Shown piece by piece: positions 53,274 through 62,098 of a stretch of 64,000 bases of DNA. A program made the position numbers and the translations under genes. Under the pieces are notes generated by a model. That model did no database searches and was not told where the DNA came from. It saw only the letters and a list, made by a program, of their open reading frames with translations. The DNA comes from Candidatus Nealsonbacteria bacterium (GTDB lineage: Bacteria; Patescibacteriota; Minisyncoccia; Minisyncoccales; UBA6532). Every line of letters starts with the position of its first letter. Within the stretch, counting starts at the first letter, position 1. The stretch covers positions 105,256 through 169,255 of the forward strand of contig JACPLN010000005.1 of assembly GCA_016186485.1 (NCBI GenBank), given 5' to 3'.

Positions 53274-54314
53274 ATGAAAACTATCCGCGATTTTGGAGTC
53301 AGAAATAAAAGAGTGTTGGTAAGGGCTGATTTTAACGTTCCTCTTTCCCCGCCTGCCGGCGGGCAGGAAAAGCAAGGGGAGATTTTAGATGATTTAAGGA
53401 TTAGGGCAACCTTGCCTACCATTGATTATTTAATAAACAATGGAGCCAAGATAATTTTAATGAGCCACTTGGACAGTCCCGGAGGAAAAGTAGTTGAAGA
53501 GCTAAAGTTAGATAAGGTCCAAGAAAGATTAATGGAATATCTTGATCTTTCTATAACCAAAGCTCCTGATTGCATTGGTCCTAAGATAGAAAAGTGGACA
53601 AAAGAAATGCGGCCGGGAGAAATTCTCCTTTTGGAAAACTTGAGATTTCGCAAAGAAGAAGAAAATAACGATGAAAATTTCGCCGCAGATCTTTCAAAAC
53701 TAGGGGATATATATATAAACGATGCTTTTGGCGTTTCTCACAGGGCCCATGCCTCTATTGTTGGCGTGCCAAAACACTTGCCGTCAGGGGCAGGTTTTTT
53801 GTTAGAAAAAGAAATTAAAACATTGAATATGATTTTAAAAAATCCTGACAAGCCTTTAATAGCAATAGTCGGCGGCGTAAAAGCCGAAACAAAAGGGGCT
53901 ATTATTGATAGAATTTCTAAGGTCGCAGATTGGGTATTGGTTGGCAACATAATTGCTAAAAATATTGACGGTAAAAAGGTATTGAAACCCGTTGACGGAG
54001 CAAAAGATATCGGGCCAAAAACAATAGAGATTTTTAAAGAAAAGATCTTTCAGGCAAAGACCGTTTTTTGGTCAGGTCCCCTGGGAATGGTTGAAAAAAA
54101 GGAATTTCAGAAAGGCTCTTTAGAGATTGCAAAATCTATTGTTGAGAGCAAGGCTTTTTCTGTTGCCGGAGGGGGAGAAACAACGGAGTTTATAAACAAA
54201 ATTGGTTTTGAAGATAAATTCAGCTATATTTCTACCGGCGGAGGAGCAATGCTGGAATTTTTATCCGGAAAGAAACTGCCCGGCATAGAAAGCTTAAATG
54301 TTATAATAAGGTAA
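53274..54314 (+). CDS. pgk: Phosphoglycerate kinase (short, 346 aa)
   Basis: VLVRADFNVPL, NLRF..EE, and DAFGVSHRAHAS. Confidence 0.9.
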   Translation: MKTIRDFGVRNKRVLVRADFNVPLSPPAGGQEKQGEILDDLRIRATLPTIDYLINNGAKIILMSHLDSPGGKVVEELKLDKVQERLMEYLDLSITKAPDCIGPKIEKWTKEMRPGEILLLENLRFRKEEENNDENFAADLSKLGDIYINDAFGVSHRAHASIVGVPKHLPSGAGFLLEKEIKTLNMILKNPDKPLIAIVGGVKAETKGAIIDRISKVADWVLVGNIIAKNIDGKKVLKPVDGAKDIGPKTIEIFKEKIFQAKTVFWSGPLGMVEKKEFQKGSLEIAKSIVESKAFSVAGGGETTEFINKIGFEDKFSYISTGGGAMLEFLSGKKLPGIESLNVIIR

Positions 54315-55468
54315 TGTCACAAGATATTAAAAACCTGGATAAGGCGGCAAAAAGGATTATAGAGGGCATTAAAAACAAAGAAAGGTTTATACTTTTCGGC
54401 GACGCAGACCCTGACGGCGTGTCTTCAGTTGTTATTTTAAAAGAAACCCTTGAAGCTTTTGGCGCAAAAAGAATAATTGCCTATTTCCCAGACAGGGAGC
54501 AAGACGGCTACGGCCTTAATCAAAAAGCCCTAAGCTACCTTAAAAATAAGGCGCCCGGCATCTTAATAACCCTTGATTGCGGAATAGGGAATTTTAAAGA
54601 AGTAGAAAGAGCAAAGAAAACCGGCTTTTATGTAATAATAGTTGACCATCACAGGCTTACTACGGTTGTTGCAAAACCAAATATTTTGGTGGATCCATTT
54701 CAAGAGGGAGATAACTCAACCTTTAAAGACTTTGCCGCTGGCGGCCTGTCCTTTTTGCTTTCAAAATTAATTTTGAATAAAGCCCATCCTTTATTAAAAG
54801 GGGAACAGGATAGATTTTTAGAATTGGCTGCGCTTGCCACTGTCGCTGACCAGATGAAATTGGAAGACGAAAACGAAAGAATAGTTAGAGAGGGAATTAT
54901 CGCTTTGAGTTACACGAAAAGAAAAGGGCTTATTTTGCTGATTAAGAGAGTTGGTTTTGGAGGGGGCAAAAGCGATGTTATAGAAAAGCTGCTGCCGCCC
55001 TTAAGCGCAGCCGGACCAAAAGGCAACCTTAACGAGGCATACCTGCTTTTAATTGAAAATAATCTAAATAAGGCTAAGAAGATGGTTAATGTTTTGGTTA
55101 AAAAGGCATTAGCCAAAAAAGATAGACAGCAGAGAATATATGCAGAAGTCCTAAATAATATTGAAGATAAAAATGATTCAATAATCTTTGAGGGGAAAAA
55201 TTCTTGGCCCCTGGTTTTACTTGGGGCCGTGGCTTCAAAGTTATGCCAAAAACATAATAAACCAGTTTTTCTTTATAGGCGCGGCAGGAAAGAAAGCCCT
55301 GGTTCTGTAAGAGCTCCAAAGGGCGTAGACAGCGTAAAAGCAATGACTTCTTGCGAAAAACTGCTGGTTACATATGGCGGCCATCCGCCTGCCTCCGGTT
55401 TTAGGGTAAAAAACGAGAACTTGGATAAATTTAAAAGCTGTTTAATTAAGTATTTTGAAGAAAGATAG
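54314..55468 (+). CDS. DHH-family phosphoesterase, RecJ-like (short, 384 aa)
   Basis: GDADPDGVSS, DCGIGN, and VDHHR motifs. Confidence 0.7.
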   Translation: MSQDIKNLDKAAKRIIEGIKNKERFILFGDADPDGVSSVVILKETLEAFGAKRIIAYFPDREQDGYGLNQKALSYLKNKAPGILITLDCGIGNFKEVERAKKTGFYVIIVDHHRLTTVVAKPNILVDPFQEGDNSTFKDFAAGGLSFLLSKLILNKAHPLLKGEQDRFLELAALATVADQMKLEDENERIVREGIIALSYTKRKGLILLIKRVGFGGGKSDVIEKLLPPLSAAGPKGNLNEAYLLLIENNLNKAKKMVNVLVKKALAKKDRQQRIYAEVLNNIEDKNDSIIFEGKNSWPLVLLGAVASKLCQKHNKPVFLYRRGRKESPGSVRAPKGVDSVKAMTSCEKLLVTYGGHPPASGFRVKNENLDKFKSCLIKYFEER

Positions 55469-55473
55469 GTGCC

Positions 55474-55502
55474 TTGACAACAACCAATATGTTTGCTATA
55501 AG
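55474..55502 (+). promoter_or_regulatory. Sigma70-like promoter of paralog C
   Basis: TTGACA (55474-55479), 17 nt, TATAAG (55497-55502). Confidence 0.6.
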
Positions 55503-55517
55503 ATATGCAGAGTAAAA

Positions 55518-56198
55518 TTGCTCTTCAAAAAAAGGTACGTATATCCTAAGGGCTACAAAGTAAGGAGTATTACGGAGCAGACCAACATCTTGCGTCAGTT
55601 ATTCCCCGGAATAGGCTACGCTGATGAGAGAATAGTCAAAGGACCTTTGCCGGAGGGAGCCGAAGGATGGTTCGCCATTCCGAGGTGGGAGAATATCGCG
55701 TCCTCGTACAATGAGGCGGTGGAAAAGATGCTGGAGCTGATTAGGCAACAGCGTAAGGGCAGGTTCTGCAACTATCGCGCGGGCCGTCTCGGACCATATT
55801 ACCTGAAACAAACCGAGAAGGCAACGATGATGTTCCATAAGATAGAACAAGAGCAGAAGGGATACGACATTCTTGTAGTTCCGGCGCAGTTCGGTCTCCG
55901 TCACAGGAATCTTTTCGTAGAGCAGGCTCGCGCAGTCATGAACGCTGGCGAGTTCGGTTTCGGCGCCTTCGCTGTCGGCATCATGCTATTGATCCATCCC
56001 GAGCGGGAAGTCCAGTGGGAACAGCTCCACGTCCAATGCGCTGGCGACGACTTTAGTAATTTAATCCATGGCGAGTGGTCGCGCGCGCCGCTCTTCGACT
56101 TCAACGACGACGAGATCAAGTTCGGCGCCGGCTGGTTCCTCAGTACCTACGCGCACTACGGTTCCGCGTCGGGGTTTGTCTCGCCCTCCTCCGTATAA
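55518..56198 (+). CDS. Unassigned protein family, paralog C (about 226 aa from TTG 55518)
   Basis: Same family as 36818.. and 38085... The ORF-track start 55455 lies upstream of the promoter and inside the recJ-like gene, so TTG 55518 is preferred. Confidence 0.75.
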   Translation: MLFKKRYVYPKGYKVRSITEQTNILRQLFPGIGYADERIVKGPLPEGAEGWFAIPRWENIASSYNEAVEKMLELIRQQRKGRFCNYRAGRLGPYYLKQTEKATMMFHKIEQEQKGYDILVVPAQFGLRHRNLFVEQARAVMNAGEFGFGAFAVGIMLLIHPEREVQWEQLHVQCAGDDFSNLIHGEWSRAPLFDFNDDEIKFGAGWFLSTYAHYGSASGFVSPSSV

Positions 56199-56308
56199 AA
56201 ACTACGGACGGGCAGGTAGTAGCCATTCAAATAATTGTCCGCCATAGGCGGATCCGCCTCTGGCGGAAACTCTCGGGTTTTTTAATCCTTGAGTTCTTTT
56301 TTATTTTT
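56199..56308 (+). other. Conserved 3' module, copy C
   Basis: Palindrome CCGCCATAGGCGGATCCGCCTCTGGCGG (56239..56266), then the same terminator hairpin and T-run. Confidence 0.85.
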
Positions 56309-56426
56309 CCAAAACTTGATTGAAATCGGTTTGATTGAGGCTCGGCCTCAATTATATTAAAAACTTAGAAAAATTTAGAAACTGTATGATTGACTACTTT
56401 GTTGGGCACTGATGCACTAATTTTTG

Positions 56427-56455
56427 TTGACAAATCCTATAAAAATTGATAATCT
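56427..56455 (+). promoter_or_regulatory. Sigma70 promoter with extended -10 for nadK
   Basis: TTGACA (56427-56432), 17 nt, TGA-TAATCT (56450-56455). Confidence 0.55.
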
Positions 56456-56477
56456 AATAAGTTTTGGGGATTGTTCG

Positions 56478-57272
56478 TTGAAATTCAGCGTTGTGCGAGA
56501 TCCTTTTAAGGAAGAGACCGAACTTTTTAATCAGGAACTTGTGAAATGGTGTCAGGAAAGAAATATAGAAGTGGAACCGGGTACAGGAAAGAACACAATT
56601 GTTTTGGCGCTGGGAGGGGACGGTTTCATTATGCGCGAAGCAAAAAGATTACAGAAATCCAGTCTTCCGGTTCTCGGAGTAAACTTTGGAAGGAAAGGTA
56701 TTTTAGCCGCAGTTGAAAAGGAGAACTGGCAGGAAAATTTGAGCCGGGTGATAAGGGGCGAATACAAGATTGAAAGACGTCTTATGTTAACCTGCGATCA
56801 TTTAGATGGGGCAGGGCGTTTGGTTAAAAGAATCGAATCCATCAATGATATATATATTAGGCACCCAAAGCGTATGGTGATTGTGGGGCTTAGAATCAAT
56901 GGAGAGGTAGTTCATAAGGAGGTTCACGCTGACGGAGTGGTTATTTGTACTCCAATGGGATCGACGGCTTATTTTCGTACTTCCGGGGGCAGCCCATTTC
57001 CTTCGGGAATAGGAGTAAACTTTATATGCCCGATGGAAGAAAATTTGACCGCGCTTATCCAGACGGAAGGAGATGTAATCGAAGTCACCTTGTCCGATGT
57101 CGGATCATTCAAAAAGGAGCCTGCTTTCTTGTTTGTGGACGGCGAGGACTCTGAGATTAAGGTGGGAGAAATGATAAGAGTGCGAAAAAGTAAAAAGAAA
57201 GCACGTTTTGTGATACCAAGGGGCTTTTCCTGGTTTCACGTTGCCCAGCGAAAACTAGGATTGTCATATTGA
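56478..57272 (+). CDS. nadK: NAD kinase
   Basis: The GGDGFIM motif and the NAD kinase C-domain. TTG 56478 is preferred because ORF start 56424 overlaps the -35 element. Confidence 0.8.
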   Translation: MKFSVVRDPFKEETELFNQELVKWCQERNIEVEPGTGKNTIVLALGGDGFIMREAKRLQKSSLPVLGVNFGRKGILAAVEKENWQENLSRVIRGEYKIERRLMLTCDHLDGAGRLVKRIESINDIYIRHPKRMVIVGLRINGEVVHKEVHADGVVICTPMGSTAYFRTSGGSPFPSGIGVNFICPMEENLTALIQTEGDVIEVTLSDVGSFKKEPAFLFVDGEDSEIKVGEMIRVRKSKKKARFVIPRGFSWFHVAQRKLGLSY

Positions 57273-57303
57273 AGATTCGTGCTATAATGTAGGAGATCAG
57301 GGA

Positions 57304-57894
57304 ATGAGAAATCATAAGAGAAGGGCTCTGATTGTTGTAGACGTTCAGAATGATTTTTGTTCCGGCGGGGCGCTAGCTGTCCCGGGTGGGGACGAGATTG
57401 TTCCCGTTATTAATTCTTTAATAAGGTCCGGAAAATTCCGTTACGTATATTACACATTGGATTGGCATCCTGAAAATCATTGTTCTTTCAAAGACTATGG
57501 CGGCGCTTGGCCAAAGCATTGCGTTGGAGGAAGTTCCGGCGCAGAATTCCATCCCTATCTTTTTGTGGATAGACAAGAGGGGGTAATAATCAAAAAAGGA
57601 ACCGATCGCAGAAAGGAAGCCTACTCTGGTTTTGACGGAAAAGATTCCGATTCCGGATGGGATTTAGGTCTTTGGCTAAAATTAACTAAAGCAGACGAAG
57701 TTTATGTCTGCGGTTTGGCAACAGATTACTGCGTAAAAGCCACTGCTTTAGACGCAAGAAAGCAGGGTTTTAAGACCTTTGTGTTAAGGAATGCTTGCAG
57801 GGGCGTAGAGCTAAACCAAGGAGACGTAAGCCAGGCAATATATGAAATGGCTATAGAGGGAATAATAGTAATAGAGAGTGAGGATATAAAATAG
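57304..57894 (+). CDS. pncA: Nicotinamidase/pyrazinamidase (isochorismatase family)
   Basis: ALIVVDVQNDFCSGGALAV and the catalytic Cys context VCGLATDYCV. Confidence 0.85.
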   Translation: MRNHKRRALIVVDVQNDFCSGGALAVPGGDEIVPVINSLIRSGKFRYVYYTLDWHPENHCSFKDYGGAWPKHCVGGSSGAEFHPYLFVDRQEGVIIKKGTDRRKEAYSGFDGKDSDSGWDLGLWLKLTKADEVYVCGLATDYCVKATALDARKQGFKTFVLRNACRGVELNQGDVSQAIYEMAIEGIIVIESEDIK

Positions 57895-57976
57895 ACACCT
57901 TCAAAAGAAGGTGTATTTTTATGCTAATTTTGCTATAAATAATGCGGTACATTAAAATAATGGTGTGGGATGATTT

Positions 57977-59557
57977 ATGAAAATTACCATTGCGCAATTG
58001 AATCCGACCATCGGAGATATTGATAGGAACCTAAGCCTGGCAAAAAAGGCAATAAAGAAAGCTTTGCTGGACAAGGCAGATCTTATTGTTTTCCCTGAGC
58101 TGTTTATCACCGGATACCCGCCTCTGGATTTGCTGGAAAGGAAAGATTTTTTAGAGAGAGTCTTGAAAGCCATAGAAAAACTGACTGTTTTTTCTAAAGA
58201 AATCAAGGGACTGGGCATAATTATTGGCGCGCCTATTTTGCGTTTTAACTCAGCTTTGCTGATTTTCGGAGGGAAAATAGTGTTTCAACAAAACAAGCGC
58301 CTTTTGCCAACGTATGATGTTTTTGACGAATTGAGGTATTTTGATCCCGGCCAAGATGCAAGAGTAGTAAAATTTAAAGACGAAATATTGGGCATTTCCA
58401 TTTGCGAAGATATGTGGAAGCCGGGCCCCATAGAAAGGCTGGCAGAGAAAGGAGCAACTTTGATTATCAATATTTCAGCCTCCCCGTTTTATGCCGACAA
58501 AGAAAAGATCCGCTATGAAATTATCAGGAATCATGCCAAGAAGCACAGGGTTCCTTTTGTCTTTGTTAACCAGGTAGGGGGTAACGATGAACTGATTTTT
58601 GACGGCGGAAGTATGGTTATTGACGGAAAAGGAGAAGTGATAGCGGTTTTGCCCGCCTTTAAAGAGAAGACGCAAACAGTAGATCTGGATCGTTTGAATA
58701 AGGTTCCTTATGCCCCAAAAGAAAAAATTGAGAGCATTTACTGGGCATTGATCCTCGGAATCAGGGACTATATGAGAAAATGCGGATTTAAGAAAGCTAT
58801 AATTGGGTTATCCGGAGGCATTGATTCGGCAGTTACCGCTTCTCTGGCGGCGGCAGCCCTTGGCAACAAAAACGTTATAGGGCTTTCAATGCCAGGTCCA
58901 TATTCTTCAAAGGGCAGCGTTGAAGACGCAAAAAAATTGGCCGGCAATCTCGGAATCAAACTAAAAACAGTGCCGATTTCCAAAATATACCATTCTTATC
59001 TTGGATCGTTGAAATCGGATATTGGGGCGAAAGAAGCAAGTGTCGCAAAAGAGAATATACAGGCAAGGATAAGAGGGAATGTACTGATGGCTTTTTCCAA
59101 CAAATACGGATACCTTGTGCTTTCAACCGGAAACAAAAGCGAGCTGGCGGTCGGCTATTGCACCATTTATGGCGACATGTCTGGCGGTCTTGCTGTAATA
59201 TCGGACGTTCCCAAGACCATGGTTTATGAGTTGGCTGGATGCATTAACAGAAATTCTGAAATAGTTCCTCAGGAGATAATAAATAAAGCCCCGTCTGCCG
59301 AGCTGAGGCCGAACCAGAAAGACCAGGATACTTTGCCTCCTTACGATGTTTTGGACGAGATAATCCGTTGCTACATTGATGAAGGATGTTCTCTGGATGA
59401 TATTGAGGCAAGGGGCCATGATAGAAAAATCGCCAAATGGACAATTAACGCTATTAATAAGAATGAGTTCAAAAGAAGACAAGCCGCTCCCGGGCTTAAA
59501 GTTACCTCAAAAGCATTTGGCATGGGGAGGAAAATCCCTATCGCTGCTAAATTCTAG
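57977..59557 (+). CDS. nadE: Glutamine-dependent NAD+ synthetase (nitrilase domain plus NAD synthase domain)
   Basis: N-terminal CN-hydrolase (FPELFITGYPP, ICEDMW) and C-terminal GLSGGIDSAV. Confidence 0.9.
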   Translation: MKITIAQLNPTIGDIDRNLSLAKKAIKKALLDKADLIVFPELFITGYPPLDLLERKDFLERVLKAIEKLTVFSKEIKGLGIIIGAPILRFNSALLIFGGKIVFQQNKRLLPTYDVFDELRYFDPGQDARVVKFKDEILGISICEDMWKPGPIERLAEKGATLIINISASPFYADKEKIRYEIIRNHAKKHRVPFVFVNQVGGNDELIFDGGSMVIDGKGEVIAVLPAFKEKTQTVDLDRLNKVPYAPKEKIESIYWALILGIRDYMRKCGFKKAIIGLSGGIDSAVTASLAAAALGNKNVIGLSMPGPYSSKGSVEDAKKLAGNLGIKLKTVPISKIYHSYLGSLKSDIGAKEASVAKENIQARIRGNVLMAFSNKYGYLVLSTGNKSELAVGYCTIYGDMSGGLAVISDVPKTMVYELAGCINRNSEIVPQEIINKAPSAELRPNQKDQDTLPPYDVLDEIIRCYIDEGCSLDDIEARGHDRKIAKWTINAINKNEFKRRQAAPGLKVTSKAFGMGRKIPIAAKF

Positions 59558-59589
59558 GCGTTTGACATCGTGTCTTAAACGCCTTTTTT
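59556..59589 (+). terminator. Intrinsic terminator after nadE
   Basis: AGGCGTTT (59556-59563) pairs with AAACGCCT (59577-59584), followed by a T-run. Confidence 0.65.
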
Positions 59590-59590
59590 A

Positions 59591-59619
59591 TTGACAGAAG
59601 TCAATTTATTTGCTACAAT
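59591..59619 (+). promoter_or_regulatory. Sigma70 promoter for pncB
   Basis: TTGACA (59591-59596), 17 nt, TACAAT (59614-59619). Confidence 0.65.
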
Positions 59620-59647
59620 TTTAGCGGCTAAAGAGAGTGATTGGCGG

Positions 59648-61141
59648 TTGGAAAAAAGCAGCGCTTTGCGTGTAGATAGGTATCATCTTGTAATGGGGAA
59701 CTTTGCGCTTGGTCTTGATCCTTTACAAACCGGAAGAGTATTTGGCAAAGAACAAGCCTCTTTCTATGTTACTCAAAGAAAAGTTCCTTTTGCTCCTTGT
59801 TTGGGGCATGATAGATTAGTTGACTTTCTAAATAACTCAAGAGCTGACGAACCAAGGACTAGATTTCTTACAGAAGATAAGGCCGGCCTGAAACTAATTG
59901 CTGAAAATATGAGACTTTCCCGTTTCCCGGGAAAAGTTTGGACAGTTCCGGAAGGAACAATTATTTTTGCTCAAGAGCCTTTTGCCCAAGTTGCAGGTCC
60001 TTTTGCCGTGACCCAGATGATTGAAGTGGCTTTTGAAAATGCCTTTGATTCTCCAATGACAGTATCTTATTTAGCAATGATGATGAAAGAAGCGGCTGGA
60101 GAGGGCGCATTTGTTTCTGATTTTTCTTTGCGTCGCGGCGGCTTTGATCTTTCAAAATATCTCTATATCGGCGGCTGCGATAATACTAGCAATATGGAAG
60201 CGTCATTTTTGTACGGTCTCGCGTCTGTCGGAACGATGGCTCATTACTTGGTTCAGGCTTTTATGGCTTTTGTTTCTTTCGTTGTCAGCCGGAACTTTCC
60301 AATTCCAAATCATTGGCACGACGAGCAGGGGAATTTGAAGCACGGAGAAAGATTGTGTTTTGAGTATTGGCTTGACGCCCACCCTCAAGGAACAGTCTGT
60401 CTTGTAGACACAATATCGCTTAAGTTAGGACTAATACATGTTATTGAGGCTGCTCTTAGCAGTCCCTCAAGGAGAAAAGCCCTGATAGCAGTAAGAATAG
60501 ATTCCGGAGACTTAGCAAAAGGATCACTATTTGCCAGAAGGATGTTTGATGCTAATGGTCTTTACAACGTAAAGATCGTTCCTACCGGAGACTTGAACGA
60601 TAAAAAGGTTAGAGAGATCAAGAAAGAATTGGATGGGTATAATACCACCGCTAAATCAACAGGTATTATCGGATACGCCGGGGGAACAAAATTGGTTGCT
60701 GAAATTGATAGAATTGCCGGAGTCGTGTTTAAGCTGGTAGAGTTTTTAGGAACTCCTACCCTTAAATGTTCTGGTACTCCCGGGAAAGAAACCTTGCCGG
60801 GCAGACTTCAGCTATGGAGGTGTGAAGATAAGAAGGGGAAATACATACTTGATGTTATAAGCACGGAAAAAGAAGATCCTCCTGGGGGAGAAAAGGTTCA
60901 GCTGGCAACAGGTCTTTTACAGCCTTTCTGGGAACAAGGTAAATCTCCGGAATTAAAGACTCCGCAAGAACTAAAGAAATTAGTTGAGGATCAGAAGGGC
61001 AGGTTTGCCATATCGTTGGAAAGATATGCCAAAGAAAGAGTTGTTTTGAGCGATAAGCTTTTACGCCTTAAAGAAAATATTCAAAAGGAGTACAAAGAAA
61101 TTTCGCCAACAACAGTGAGGGTTGTAGATTGGCCAGAATAA
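59648..61141 (+). CDS. pncB: Nicotinate phosphoribosyltransferase family protein
   Basis: The N-terminal ALRVDRYHLVM is like the NAPRTase TD.Y.LTM motif. TTG 59648 is preferred because ORF start 59591 coincides with the -35 hexamer. Confidence 0.7.
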   Translation: MEKSSALRVDRYHLVMGNFALGLDPLQTGRVFGKEQASFYVTQRKVPFAPCLGHDRLVDFLNNSRADEPRTRFLTEDKAGLKLIAENMRLSRFPGKVWTVPEGTIIFAQEPFAQVAGPFAVTQMIEVAFENAFDSPMTVSYLAMMMKEAAGEGAFVSDFSLRRGGFDLSKYLYIGGCDNTSNMEASFLYGLASVGTMAHYLVQAFMAFVSFVVSRNFPIPNHWHDEQGNLKHGERLCFEYWLDAHPQGTVCLVDTISLKLGLIHVIEAALSSPSRRKALIAVRIDSGDLAKGSLFARRMFDANGLYNVKIVPTGDLNDKKVREIKKELDGYNTTAKSTGIIGYAGGTKLVAEIDRIAGVVFKLVEFLGTPTLKCSGTPGKETLPGRLQLWRCEDKKGKYILDVISTEKEDPPGGEKVQLATGLLQPFWEQGKSPELKTPQELKKLVEDQKGRFAISLERYAKERVVLSDKLLRLKENIQKEYKEISPTTVRVVDWPE

Positions 61142-61202
61142 TTTTATGCTGCTAGGCTATTAGCAGCTTTTTATTTTTTAAAAGGAGAGTTAGAATAAGT
61201 TA

Positions 61203-61643
61203 ATGGAGAAAATTATTGTTTATACAGACGGCGGATCTCGAGGAAACCCGGGCCCTGCCGGAATCGGGGTAGTTATTGAAAATAACAAGGAAGAAGTAAT
61301 AAAAGAATATTCAGCTTGCTTAGGAGAGGCTACCAATAATGAAGCTGAATACCAAGCGCTCATTTTTGCTTTAAAAAAAGTTAAAGCTCTTTTTGGAAAA
61401 GAAAAGATTAAAAAAACGGAAATGGAAATAAGATCGGATTCCGAACTTTTAGTAAGCCAGCTTAATGGGAAATATAAAGTTTTAGATAAAGATATCCAGC
61501 CTTTATTTTTGCAGGCTTGGAATCTTAAAACAGATTTTGGCAAAATCAAATTTACCGCGCTTCCCAGAGAAGAAAACAAAGAAGCCGACCGTCTTGTTAA
61601 TCAGGCGCTAGACGAACAACAAAAATCCCAAAAATTATTCTAA
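61203..61643 (+). CDS. rnhA: Ribonuclease HI family protein
   Basis: IVYTDGGSRGNPGPAGIG, TNNEAEYQALIFAL, SDSELLV, and NKEADRLVN. Confidence 0.85.
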   Translation: MEKIIVYTDGGSRGNPGPAGIGVVIENNKEEVIKEYSACLGEATNNEAEYQALIFALKKVKALFGKEKIKKTEMEIRSDSELLVSQLNGKYKVLDKDIQPLFLQAWNLKTDFGKIKFTALPREENKEADRLVNQALDEQQKSQKLF

Positions 61644-61645
61644 CA

Positions 61646-61672
61646 AAAAACAGACCGGTAAAACCGGTCTGT
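61646..61672. terminator. Bidirectional terminator shared by rnhA (+) and RNase P RNA (-)
   Basis: AACAGACCGGT / ACCGGTCTGTT perfect stem flanked by A-run and T-run. Confidence 0.7.
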
Positions 61673-61680
61673 TTTCTTAT

Positions 61681-62059
61681 CTCAGCGGGCTCATAGGCCG
61701 AATTTTGTTTAAATGGTCATCTATCTGGATCCGACTTTGCAGTCGGATTCTAGCGAGCTACTTTTATTCTTCGATAAATCCGGAGATTATCGAAGACTTT
61801 GCTCTTGCATCCGGGTAAGGATTTAGCCGTTTCACCTAGGCATTTCTGCCGAGTTCGCCCTCCTTTGCATAAAAGCTTCGGAGGGCGATTTTATCCTTTC
61901 GGACAAAATCGTCTCTGTTCGCACCTCTCCCGCCAGCAACTGCGTAGCTGTAGGCGGGGACGGGCGTTACCCGCTACCTTTGTCCTGACTTAACGTCTGG
62001 ACTGGATGTTCGGATCTTCCTCCCCGACTATAGTCGGAGCGACCATCCGGCCCACCAAG
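61681..62059 (-). ncRNA. rnpB: RNase P RNA, bacterial type A
   Basis: The minus strand reads the following elements. P1: CUUGGUGGGC / GCCCGCUGAG, 10 bp. P2: AUGGUC / GACCAU. P3 hairpin: CCGACUAUAGUCGG. P4 strands: GGAGGAAGAUCCGAAC and ACAAAAUUCGGCCUAU, where CCGAA:UUCGG covaries with E. coli CCGGG:CCCGG. Also present: GGUAACGCC, ACAGAGA, GGUGAAA and AGAUAGAUGAC. Confidence 0.9.
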
Positions 62060-62067
62060 ACAATTAT

Positions 62068-62096
62068 ATTATAAGGCTTGAATACCAATTTGTCAA
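62068..62096 (-). promoter_or_regulatory. Perfect-consensus promoter for rnpB
   Basis: The minus strand reads TTGACA (62096-62091), 17 nt, TATAAT (62073-62068). The P1 5' end lies ~8 nt downstream. Confidence 0.75.
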
Positions 62097-62098
62097 AT

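Noticed and set aside
61799-61993. ORF 61799..61993 (+), 64 aa.
   Set aside because: It lies antisense to, and inside, the RNase P RNA gene, which explains the GC-rich conserved sequence.
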